From Candidatus Rokuibacteriota bacterium (GTDB taxonomy: Bacteria > Methylomirabilota > Methylomirabilia > Rokubacteriales > DASRDR01), in the NCBI GenBank assembly GCA_044866005.1, contig JBIOTN010000065.1, positions 1 through 12,625 of the forward strand: a stretch of DNA of 12,625 nt. The letters are read 5' to 3'. Positions 1 through 6,803 of this stretch are shown piece after piece. The translations under genes were made by a program, and so were the position numbers. The notes under the pieces were generated by a model. That model saw only the letters and a list, made by a program, of their open reading frames with translations. It was not told where the DNA came from and did no database searches. Numbering within the stretch: position 1 is the first letter of the stretch; every line of letters begins with the position of its first letter.

Positions 1-1706
1 GCCACCGGCACGACGTCCTCGGGCGCCGCCTCGAGCAGGGCCGCGGCGACCCGCCGCCCCTTGTCCCGCACCTCGAGCGCCGCGCTGGCGAGGGCGCCCC
101 CGCCGAGCGCGACGCTCCGGCTCCCGAAGGTGCCGAACCCCGGCGGCGCCGAGCGGGTGTCGCCGTGGAGGACCACGACGTCGTCGGGGGTCACGCCGAG
201 GAAGTCCGCCACCACCTGGGCGAAGGTGGTCTCGTGCCCCTGACCGTGCGGGCTCGAGCCGGTCACCGCCGTGACGGAGCCCGTCCGCTCGACGCGGACG
301 CTGCCGCTCTCCCAGCCGAGCGCGGCCGGCTCCACGTAGCAGGAGAGCCCGATCCCCATGATCTCGCCGCGGGCGCGCGCGGCCGCCTGCTCGGCACGGA
401 GCCGCGGGTAGCCCGCCAGCTCGAGCGCCCGGTCGAGCGCCCGCGCGTACTCGCCCGAGTCGTAGACCTGGCCCGTGGCGGTGCGGAAGGGGAACCGGTC
501 AGGCGGGATGAAGTTCCGCCGGCGCAACTCGGCCGGGTCCATCCCGAGCGCCCGCGCCGCCTCGTCCATCAGCCGCTCGATCAGGAACGCGGCCTCCGGC
601 CGCCCGGCGCCGCGGTAGGCGCCGATGGGCCCGGTGGTCGTGAAAGCCGCCGTCGTCTCGATGTCGCACGCCGGGACGACGTAGGAGCCGGGGAGCAGCC
701 GCGCGTGGTTCCAGGGAGAGACCGCCGCGCTGTTGACGAGCGCGCTGCCGAGGGGGTAGACGACCCGCCCCCGCAGCCCCGCGATGCGGCCGTCGGCCGA
801 CACCGCCAGCTCGCCCTCCGAGACGCCGCCCCGGCCGTGGTTCGTGGTCAGGAGGTCCTCGCTGCGGCTCGAGACCCATTTGACGGGCCGGCCGAGCTGC
901 ATCGCGAGGTACGCCACCAGGACGTCCTCCCGGTACGGCGCCGTCTTGACGCCGAAGCCGCCGCCCACCTCGGGGGCGATGGCGCGGACCCGCGACTCCG
1001 CGATGCCGAGGGCCCGCGCGACCTCGGCCCGGATCGCGAACGGCGCCTGGGTGGAGGTCCAGAGCGTTAGCTCGTCGGTCGCGGGGTCGACGGCGGCGAG
1101 GATCCCGCGCCCCTCGAGCGCGACCGCGGCCACGCGCTGCTGGACCACGCGGAGGCGGACCACGTGGTGGGCCGACGCGAACGCGGCCTCCGGGTCGCCG
1201 TGGCGCCAGCTCTGGCGGAAGGCGCGGTTGTCCTGAAGCTCCGGGAAGACGACGGGGGCGTCGGGGGCGAGGGCCGCCTCGGGGTCCACGACCGCCGGCA
1301 GGGGCTCGTACGCCACGTCGATCAGCTCCGCCGCGTCGCGCGCCCGGTACGGGGTGTCGGCGACGACCGCCGCGACCGGCGTGCCGGTGGCGCGCACGAC
1401 GTCCTCGGCGAGGATCGGGTGGGGCGGCACCTTCATGTCGGGGAAGAGCCGGTTCACCGGCGGGGGGCCGAGGTGGCGGACGTCGGCCCCCGTGACCACG
1501 GCCACCACGCCGGGGGCCGCGGCGGCCGCCTTCGGGTCGAGCCGCCGGATCCGGGCATGCGCGTAGGGGCAGCGGAGGAAGGCGACGTGGAGGAGGCCCG
1601 GCGGGCGGAAGTCGTCCACGTAGCGGCCGCCGCCGGTGATGAGGCGGCGGTCCTCGCGCCGCTTCATGGGGCGCCCGATGTAGCGACTGTCGCTCGTGTC
1701 GGTCAT
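1..1706 (-). CDS. Xanthine dehydrogenase-family molybdopterin-binding large subunit (form II CoxL/CutL-like); 3' end lies outside the window
   Basis: Hand translation from ATG 1706 is open to the window edge: MTDTSDSRYIGRPMKRREDRRLITGGGRYVDD...LRCPYAHARI...WTSTQAPF...APEVGGGFGVK...GAYRGAGRPEAAFLIER...TGSSPHGQGHETTFAQ...GTFGSRS. AYRGAGR lies at 620-600. It is absent from the ORF track because there is no stop codon in the window. Confidence 0.95.
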   Translation of the reverse strand, partial: MTDTSDSRYIGRPMKRREDRRLITGGGRYVDDFRPPGLLHVAFLRCPYAHARIRRLDPKAAAAAPGVVAVVTGADVRHLGPPPVNRLFPDMKVPPHPILAEDVVRATGTPVAAVVADTPYRARDAAELIDVAYEPLPAVVDPEAALAPDAPVVFPELQDNRAFRQSWRHGDPEAAFASAHHVVRLRVVQQRVAAVALEGRGILAAVDPATDELTLWTSTQAPFAIRAEVARALGIAESRVRAIAPEVGGGFGVKTAPYREDVLVAYLAMQLGRPVKWVSSRSEDLLTTNHGRGGVSEGELAVSADGRIAGLRGRVVYPLGSALVNSAAVSPWNHARLLPGSYVVPACDIETTAAFTTTGPIGAYRGAGRPEAAFLIERLMDEAARALGMDPAELRRRNFIPPDRFPFRTATGQVYDSGEYARALDRALELAGYPRLRAEQAAARARGEIMGIGLSCYVEPAALGWESGSVRVERTGSVTAVTGSSPHGQGHETTFAQVVADFLGVTPDDVVVLHGDTRSAPPGFGTFGSRSVALGGGALASAALEVRDKGRRVAAALLEAAPEDVVPV

Positions 1707-1749
1707 CGTGTGCCGCTCGATCGCCCGCGCCAGTATTCGAGGTGGGGCT

Positions 1750-1778
1750 AGCGTATCTGCCCGGTCCCGACGGGTCAA
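1750..1778 (-). promoter_or_regulatory. Putative sigma70 promoter of the coxL-like gene
   Basis: Minus strand TTGACC (1778-1773), 17-nt spacer, TACGCT (1755-1750), about 45 nt upstream of the ATG. Confidence 0.65.
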
Positions 1779-1822
1779 GCGACCGGTCATCGCGCGCCTG
1801 ATCGCCCCGGTCGCGCGCCACC

Positions 1823-1844
1823 GGATCACGCTCGCGCGTGATTC
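1823..1844 (-). terminator. Hairpin directly after the vapC stop (possible terminator or 3' stabiliser)
   Basis: ATCACGC-tcgc-GCGTGAT, a 7-bp perfect stem (1825-1842) abutting the stop codon; no U-tract. Confidence 0.35.
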
Positions 1845-2262
1845 AGGACGCGCCCAGAACGCGGAAGCCGAAGGCACGGGCAGCCACGGCGAGGGCCGTG
1901 TCGTGCGTGGCCATGACCAGGTCGACCCGCGCGCTCTCCCGCCAGAGGAGGGCGGTCGCGAGATGGATCGCGTTCAGCGTGCCGAGCTCGGTCGGCGCCG
2001 GCTGCGCAGCGCGCGAGAGAACACCGGGACTCGGCTCGACCAGCTCCATCCCTTCGAGGACCCGGAACACCGCCTGCCGGCGCGTGGCCACTTCAGCGTC
2101 TGGCAGGCCGAGCCTCAGGCGAAGCCGATCGAGGGTGCGGAGACACTCTACCTCGACCAGGGCGCTGGCGATCCCCCGGCGAATGGCGCGCCATTCACGG
2201 AGCGCGCCCGCCTGGCGGAGGATGATGCGGAGCAGGACCGAAGAATCCACATAGGCATTCAC
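1843..2262 (-). CDS. vapC: PIN-domain toxin, VapC family (139 aa)
   Basis: GTG start overlaps the antitoxin stop (GTGA 2262-2259). MNAYVDSSVLL...LVEVECLR...LGTLNAIHLATA...ATHDTAL is the PIN pattern (D6, E39, N97, D121). Confidence 0.92.
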   Translation of the reverse strand: MNAYVDSSVLLRIILRQAGALREWRAIRRGIASALVEVECLRTLDRLRLRLGLPDAEVATRRQAVFRVLEGMELVEPSPGVLSRAAQPAPTELGTLNAIHLATALLWRESARVDLVMATHDTALAVAARAFGFRVLGAS

Positions 2263-2519
2263 CGCTCGCCCCGTTCTTCCATCAACAGCGCCACGATGTC
2301 GGCCTTCACCCGCAGCGGCGGAGGCAGCGGGATTTTTCCGACAGGCGGCGCATCGGGCCGCGGCCGACGCACCCGCAGCTCCGCGCCGTCGCTCTCGTAC
2401 GGCACGATCCGCGCGATGGGCGTCTCGCGATCGAGCACGGTGACCCGCTCTCCGCGGCGGACGGCACGCAGGTACTCGCTCAGACGCGCCTTGAGCTGGG
2501 CGACACGGACGGTCCGCAT
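2259..2519 (-). CDS. Phd/YefM-family antitoxin (86 aa)
   Basis: MRTVRVAQLKARLSEYLRAVRRGERVTVLDRETPIARIVP is a typical Phd N-terminal domain. It lies directly upstream of, and is coupled to, the PIN toxin. Confidence 0.92.
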   Translation of the reverse strand: MRTVRVAQLKARLSEYLRAVRRGERVTVLDRETPIARIVPYESDGAELRVRRPRPDAPPVGKIPLPPPLRVKADIVALLMEERGER

Positions 2520-2554
2520 GACCACATCGTAACCAGAAATGGTCACGAAGGCAA
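2519..2554 (-). promoter_or_regulatory. TA operon promoter (leaderless) with TGACCA/TGGTCA operator repeats
   Basis: Minus strand TTGCCT (2554-2549), 17 nt, TACGAT (2531-2526), 6 nt, ATG (2519); no SD. Half-sites on +: TGACCA 2519-2524, TAACCA 2530-2535, TGGTCA 2540-2545. Confidence 0.75.
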
Positions 2555-2582
2555 GGGGCCGGCTGCCTCCCGAACTTTTCCC

Positions 2583-2611
2583 TTGACAGCCCCGGAGGCC
2601 GCTGATACAAG
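2583..2611 (+). promoter_or_regulatory. Putative divergent sigma70 promoter upstream of tag
   Basis: TTGACA (2583-2588), 17 nt ending in TGA (TGn motif), TACAAG (2606-2611). The last -10 base is non-consensus. Confidence 0.5.
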
Positions 2612-2729
2612 GGCGCAACCTTTCGACTCGCGTGGGCCCAGGCCCTCACGCGAGCACCGATGCGGCGCACAAATGTCAGCCGGACGGCCAGCTACGCGCC
2701 CGCCGGTGGCGAAACGTAGTCGCCTCACG

Positions 2730-3311
2730 ATGCCGCCGCGCTGTGCCTGGGTCGGCGCCGATCCGCTGTATCTCGCCTACCACGATCGGGAGTGGGGCGT
2801 CCCCGTGCACGACGACCGCGTGCTCTTCGAGTTCCTGGTCCTGGAAGGCGCGCAGGCCGGCTTGAGCTGGCTGACCATCCTGCGCAAGCGCGAGCACTAC
2901 CGGCGGGTCTTCGCGGGGTTCGATCCCCGACGGGTGGCGGCCTTCGGCGCCCGCGACGTGCGGCGGCTGCTCGGTGACGCGGGGATCGTCCGCAACCGGC
3001 TCAAGATCGAGAGCGCCGTCGCCAACGCGCGGGCGTTCCTGGACGTCCAGCGGGAGTTCGGCAGCTTCGCCCGCTTCCAGTGGCAGTTCGTCGGCGGCCG
3101 CCCGAAGCGAAACGCCTGGACGAGCGTGAAGGAGATCCCGGCCCGGAGCCCGGAGTCCGACGCGATGAGCCGGGAGCTCAAGCGCCGGGGGTTCACGTTC
3201 GTCGGCTCGACGATCTGCTACGCCCACATGCAGGCGGTCGGCATGGTCAACGACCACACCACCGACTGCTTCCGCTACCGGCAGGTGAGCAGGGGACCAG
3301 CAACGGGATGA
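2730..3311 (+). CDS. tag: DNA-3-methyladenine glycosylase I (193 aa)
   Basis: RCAW...YHDREWGVP...LEGAQAGLSWLTIL...IVRNRLKI...GFTFVGSTICYAHMQAVGMVNDHTTDC, with the Zn-binding C/H/H/C set present. GTG 2706 is an alternative in-frame start. Confidence 0.97.
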   Translation: MPPRCAWVGADPLYLAYHDREWGVPVHDDRVLFEFLVLEGAQAGLSWLTILRKREHYRRVFAGFDPRRVAAFGARDVRRLLGDAGIVRNRLKIESAVANARAFLDVQREFGSFARFQWQFVGGRPKRNAWTSVKEIPARSPESDAMSRELKRRGFTFVGSTICYAHMQAVGMVNDHTTDCFRYRQVSRGPATG

Positions 3312-3499
3312 GCGAAGCCCCCACGCGCCCGCATTTTCCGCTTGACAGGATTTCTGACCGGGATCTGGCGGTAGCCGGCGTCCTGACCTTCGAGGCTGCG
3401 TAGCGCGGCGCGTCGACCCGCGGCACCGCGGGGAGGCCGGTGCCGAGGCGAAAATCATTCCCGCCCTCACGAGCTGCCGTCCGGCGGCCTCCCAGGCGT

Positions 3500-3534
3500 C
3501 CCGAATTCGGGTGATAGAGTCCGGCAGGAGGAGG
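3500..3534 (+). promoter_or_regulatory. Extended -10 promoter, palindrome and RBS upstream of the DUF222-HNH gene
   Basis: Perfect palindrome CCCGAATTCGGG (3500-3511), then TGa-TAGAGT (3512-3520), then AGGAGGAGG (3526-3534), 6 nt before ATG 3541. Confidence 0.55.
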
Positions 3535-3540
3535 ATCGCC

Positions 3541-4944
3541 ATGCACCGCGCCACCGCTCCCGCGTCGTCGTCCCCCGCGGCCGACCTCGACCGGCTCGGC
3601 GACGAGATCGCCGCGCTGTCGGCTCACCTCGACGCCGCCACCGCTCAGCTTCTCGCCCTGCTCCGCCAGTTCGACGCGCGAGGCGGTTGGGCGAACGGCT
3701 TCCGATCCTGCGCCGAGTGGCTGAGCTGGCGGATCGGGCTCGACCCCGGGGCGGCGCGGGAGCGGGTGCGCGTGGCGCGGGCGCTGGCTGGCCTGCCCCA
3801 GCTCGCCGCGGCCCTGGCCCGCGGGGAACTCTCCTACTCCAAGGTCCGCGCCCTGACGCGCATCGCCACCCCGGACACCGAAGCACGGCTCCTCGCGGTG
3901 GGACGGGCGGGGACGGCGACCCACGTCGAGCGGATCGTGCGGGCGTGGCGCCGGGTGGACCACCAGGGGGAAGAGGCCGCGGGGCGCCACGCGCGCCGGT
4001 CCCTCCAGGTGTACCAGGACGAGGACGGGATGTTCGTCGTGCGGGGACGGCTCGAGCCGGAGTCGGGGGCGGTCCTCGTCCGGGCGCTGGAGGCAGGGCG
4101 CGAGGCGTTGCACGCCCGGGCGCGGGCCGCCGCCGAGGGGGGTGGCGAGGCGGAGCCGCCGACCCGGGGTCAGCAGCAGGCTGACGCCCTGGCGGTGCTG
4201 GCGGAAACGGCCCTCCAGCATGGGCTCGATCCCGGCCCCGGGAGCGAGCGGTATCAGGTCGTGGTCCACGTGGACGCCGCCGCGCTGGCCGACCCCGACC
4301 AGCCCGGGCAGTGCGCGCTCGAGGACGGCGTGGGCGTTTCCGCGGAAACGTCCCGGCGCCTGGCCTGTGACGCGACGCGCGTCGTGCTGCGCCACGCGGG
4401 GCACGGGCCGGTGCTGGACGTGGGGCGGCGGACGCGGGCGATCCCTCCGGCGCTCCGGCGGGCGCTTCAGGCGCGAGACCGCGGCTGCCGCTTTCCGGGC
4501 TGCGGCGTGCGCCACGCCCAGGGACACCACCTCCGCCACTGGGCGAACGGCGGCCCCACCCGGCTGGGGAACCTCGCCCTGCTCTGCCGGCGTCACCATC
4601 GGGCCGTCCACGAGGAGGGCTATCAGGTCACGCGGGACGGCGACGGGCTGCTGCGCTTCAGCGCGCCGGGTGGTCGGCCGATCCCCGAGGTCCCGGCGCG
4701 GCCGGCGGTGCCGCCTGATACGGTCTCGGCGCTGGTCGTGGCGCATCAGGCGCGCGGCCTCGCGATCGACGCGCGGACCGGGTGCCCGGGCTGGTCGGGC
4801 GAGCGCCTGGATCTGGGCTGGGCGATCGAGGTCCTACACCCCGCGACCCAGCCGGCTGCACCCCAGACCGCCCCAGGTCGTGAAGCTGGGCGGCCGCGGG
4901 CCGTTGACCCATTTAACGGCCCCGTGCTACCACTACGGGCGTGA
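3541..4944 (+). CDS. DUF222-domain HNH endonuclease (REP13E12-like), 467 aa
   Basis: N-terminal DUF222-type motifs (LLRQFDARGGW, GFRSCAEWLSWRIGL, ARERVRVARAL, GELSYSKVRAL, RRLACDA, LDVGRRTR). C-terminal RDRGCRFPGC...HHLRHWANGGPTRLGNLALLCRRHHRAVH is an HNH/Zn motif. Strong RBS. Confidence 0.93.
   Translation: MHRATAPASSSPAADLDRLGDEIAALSAHLDAATAQLLALLRQFDARGGWANGFRSCAEWLSWRIGLDPGAARERVRVARALAGLPQLAAALARGELSYSKVRALTRIATPDTEARLLAVGRAGTATHVERIVRAWRRVDHQGEEAAGRHARRSLQVYQDEDGMFVVRGRLEPESGAVLVRALEAGREALHARARAAAEGGGEAEPPTRGQQQADALAVLAETALQHGLDPGPGSERYQVVVHVDAAALADPDQPGQCALEDGVGVSAETSRRLACDATRVVLRHAGHGPVLDVGRRTRAIPPALRRALQARDRGCRFPGCGVRHAQGHHLRHWANGGPTRLGNLALLCRRHHRAVHEEGYQVTRDGDGLLRFSAPGGRPIPEVPARPAVPPDTVSALVVAHQARGLAIDARTGCPGWSGERLDLGWAIEVLHPATQPAAPQTAPGREAGRPRAVDPFNGPVLPLRA
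4335..4350. repeat. Perfect 16-bp palindrome inside the DUF222-HNH gene
   Basis: CGTTTCCGCGGAAACG, spanning the codons for VSAET; extendable to 4332-4353 with one G-T pair. Confidence 0.9.
4898..4940 (+). promoter_or_regulatory. Possible leaderless promoter and inverted repeats upstream of the cysteine hydrolase
   Basis: TTGACC (4904-4909), 18 nt, TACCAC (4928-4933, preceded by TGc), 7 nt, GTG 4941; no SD. Inverted repeats GGGCCGTT/AACGGCCC (4898-4922) and CCCGT/ACGGG (4921-4939). Confidence 0.4.
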
Positions 4945-5561
4945 AGCTGAACCCGCAGGCCACGGCGGTCGTGGCGATCGACATGCACCGCGGGCACCTG
5001 GACCCGGCCGTGGCGACCCTCCCGCTGGCCGCCGAGCGCTGTGGGCCGGTCGTCGCGCGCGCGGCGGAGCTCTTCCGGGAGCTCCGGGCCATCGGCGTCC
5101 CGATCGTCCATGTCGTGACCGAGTACCGGGAGCCGGGCGAGATCGCGTCGAACCCCTTCTGGCGGGCGATCCACGAGGATCCCACCAAGGCACGGAAGGG
5201 GATCCTCCGCCACAACCTGGCCGGCAGCCCGGGCACCGAGATCATCCCCGCCCTCCGGGCCGACGCCGACGTGGTCGTGCGCGGCAAGAAGCGCTACAGC
5301 GCCTTCCACGCCACCGACCTCGACTTTCTCCTCCACCGCCTGGGCGTCGACACGCTGATCCTTGCCGGCATCAACACGACGACCTGCATCCTCGTCACGG
5401 CCTTCGACGCCACGAACCGCGATTACCGCGTGGTGGTCGCGGCGGACGCGGTCGACTCCATGGACGGCGAGGAGATGCACCGCTTCGCGCTCCGTCTCAT
5501 GGGCGCCGCGGCCGGCTGGGTCTGGGACAACGACGCGATCCTGAAGGCCCTCCGGGGCTGA
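4941..5561 (+). CDS. Cysteine hydrolase, isochorismatase family (206 aa)
   Basis: AVVAIDMH (D14), GKKRYSAF (K116) and AGINTTTCI (C149) form the Asp-Lys-Cys triad; host-like codon usage. Confidence 0.93.
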   Translation: MKLNPQATAVVAIDMHRGHLDPAVATLPLAAERCGPVVARAAELFRELRAIGVPIVHVVTEYREPGEIASNPFWRAIHEDPTKARKGILRHNLAGSPGTEIIPALRADADVVVRGKKRYSAFHATDLDFLLHRLGVDTLILAGINTTTCILVTAFDATNRDYRVVVAADAVDSMDGEEMHRFALRLMGAAAGWVWDNDAILKALRG

Positions 5562-5656
5562 CCGTGGCGGCTGCTCGCCGAGCGCGCCCCGGCCCTGCGG
5601 CGGACCGCGGGCCGGCCCGCCGGGCCTGATTTTCACCCGTGCCGAAGGAGGTCCGA

Positions 5657-6676
5657 ATGCACCGGACGCTCATCGCCCTCGCCGCCGCCGCGGCCCTCGT
5701 CACCGCCGGCGCGACCCCCGCGGCCGCGCAGAAGGTCACGCTCCTCTGTAGCCCGAACCCCGCCTGGTGCGACGCGCTCAAGGCCGAGTTCGGCCGGGCG
5801 ACGGGCACCCAGCTCGACTTCATCCGGCTCTCCTCGGGCGAGGCGCTCGCGCGGCTCCGGGCGGAGCGGGGCAAGCCCTCCTTCGACGTCTGGTTCGGCG
5901 GGACCGGCGATCCCCACGTGGTCGCGGCGGAGGAGGGGCTCACCGAGTTCTACAAGCCCAAGGCGTGGGACGACCTCCGCCCCCAGCTCCGCGAAGCGGT
6001 CGCCGGCAAGTACATCCCGCTCTACGCCGGGGTCCTCGGCTGGGCCCTGAACGGCGCGCTCCTCAAGGAGAAAGGCCTCCCGACGCCGAAGAAGTGGACG
6101 GACCTGGCCGACCCGAAGTACAAGGGGCTCCTCGCCATGCCGAACCCGAACACCTCGGGCACCGGGTACACGATGCTGGCCACCGTCGTGCAGGTCTACG
6201 GCGAGGAGAAGGCCTGGGACCTCCTCCGGCAGATCCACAAGAACATGGCGCAGTACACGCGGAGCGGCGCGGACCCCGGGCTCCTCACCGGACGCGGCGA
6301 GGTCGCGCTCGGCATCACCTTCGTCCACGACGCGGTGGACCAGGTCATCAAGGGGTTCCCCATCAGCTACGGCGCGGCCGAGGACGGCACGGGCTTCGAG
6401 ATCGGCGGGCTCTCGCTCATCAAGGCGAGCCCCAACCGGGAGGCGGCGATCCGGTTCATCGAGTGGGCGCTCACGCCCGAGGCGCAGAGGCTCGCGGCCG
6501 AGCGCGGGCAGTCCTATCAGGTCCCCTCGAACGCCAAGACGCCGATCCCCAAGGCGGCGCCCCGCTTCGAGGACTACAAGGTCATCAAGTACGACTTCGT
6601 CAAGTACGGCTCGAAGGAGGTGCGCGACCGCCTGGTGAAGCGGTGGACGACGGAGATCTTCCCCCAGCCGAAGTGA
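5657..6676 (+). CDS. ABC transporter substrate-binding protein, Fe3+/AfuA-like family (339 aa)
   Basis: RBS AAGGAGG 5645-5651; Sec signal peptide ending AAA-Q; motifs RLSSGEALARL, DVWFGGTGDPH, MPNPNTSGTGY, EDGTGFEIGG. Confidence 0.92.
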   Translation: MHRTLIALAAAAALVTAGATPAAAQKVTLLCSPNPAWCDALKAEFGRATGTQLDFIRLSSGEALARLRAERGKPSFDVWFGGTGDPHVVAAEEGLTEFYKPKAWDDLRPQLREAVAGKYIPLYAGVLGWALNGALLKEKGLPTPKKWTDLADPKYKGLLAMPNPNTSGTGYTMLATVVQVYGEEKAWDLLRQIHKNMAQYTRSGADPGLLTGRGEVALGITFVHDAVDQVIKGFPISYGAAEDGTGFEIGGLSLIKASPNREAAIRFIEWALTPEAQRLAAERGQSYQVPSNAKTPIPKAAPRFEDYKVIKYDFVKYGSKEVRDRLVKRWTTEIFPQPK

Positions 6677-6697
6677 CGCCGTGCCGGCCTCTGGGGG

Positions 6698-6803
6698 CCT
6701 CGGCCCGCCTCCTCATAGGGCTGGGCGGGGGGGCCGGCGTACGCCTCGGCGGTCCTCGGCCCTGCGTCCTTGACCTGCTCGGTTCTCGGCCCGGCTTCTG
6801 ACG
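6698..6803. repeat. Intergenic hairpin plus CTCGG repeats and an imperfect tandem repeat with 30-bp period
   Basis: Stem CCCGCC 6704-6709 / GGCGGG 6724-6729; CGGTCCTCGGCCCTGCGTCCTTGAC (from 6750) versus CGGTTCTCGGCCCGGCTTCTGAC (from 6780); five CTCGG motifs. Confidence 0.55.

Noticed and set aside
600..620. Bona fide form I aerobic CO dehydrogenase
   Set aside because: The active-site loop is AYRGAGR, not AYXCSFR.
61..1821. ORF-track ORFs over the coxL-like gene (e.g. 165..1070 +, 499..1821 -)
   Set aside because: Shadow or off-frame ORFs typical of high-GC DNA; the real frame carries all the family motifs.
2263..2729. N-terminal extensions of vapC (to 2670), the antitoxin (to 2618) and tag (from 2583)
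   Set aside because: They overlap the partner gene or the promoters and lack family motifs; better starts exist.
3342..3370. Functional promoter at TTGACA 3342
   Set aside because: No -10-like hexamer at 16-18 nt spacing; kept only as a possible remnant.
4335..4350. Canonical parS site
   Set aside because: The core is CGCG instead of ACGT and the outer bases differ; no parAB is in the window.
3541..4944. Cas9/IscB or group II intron identity for the HNH protein
   Set aside because: No RuvC, PLMP or reverse-transcriptase motifs are visible; the N-terminus is DUF222-like.
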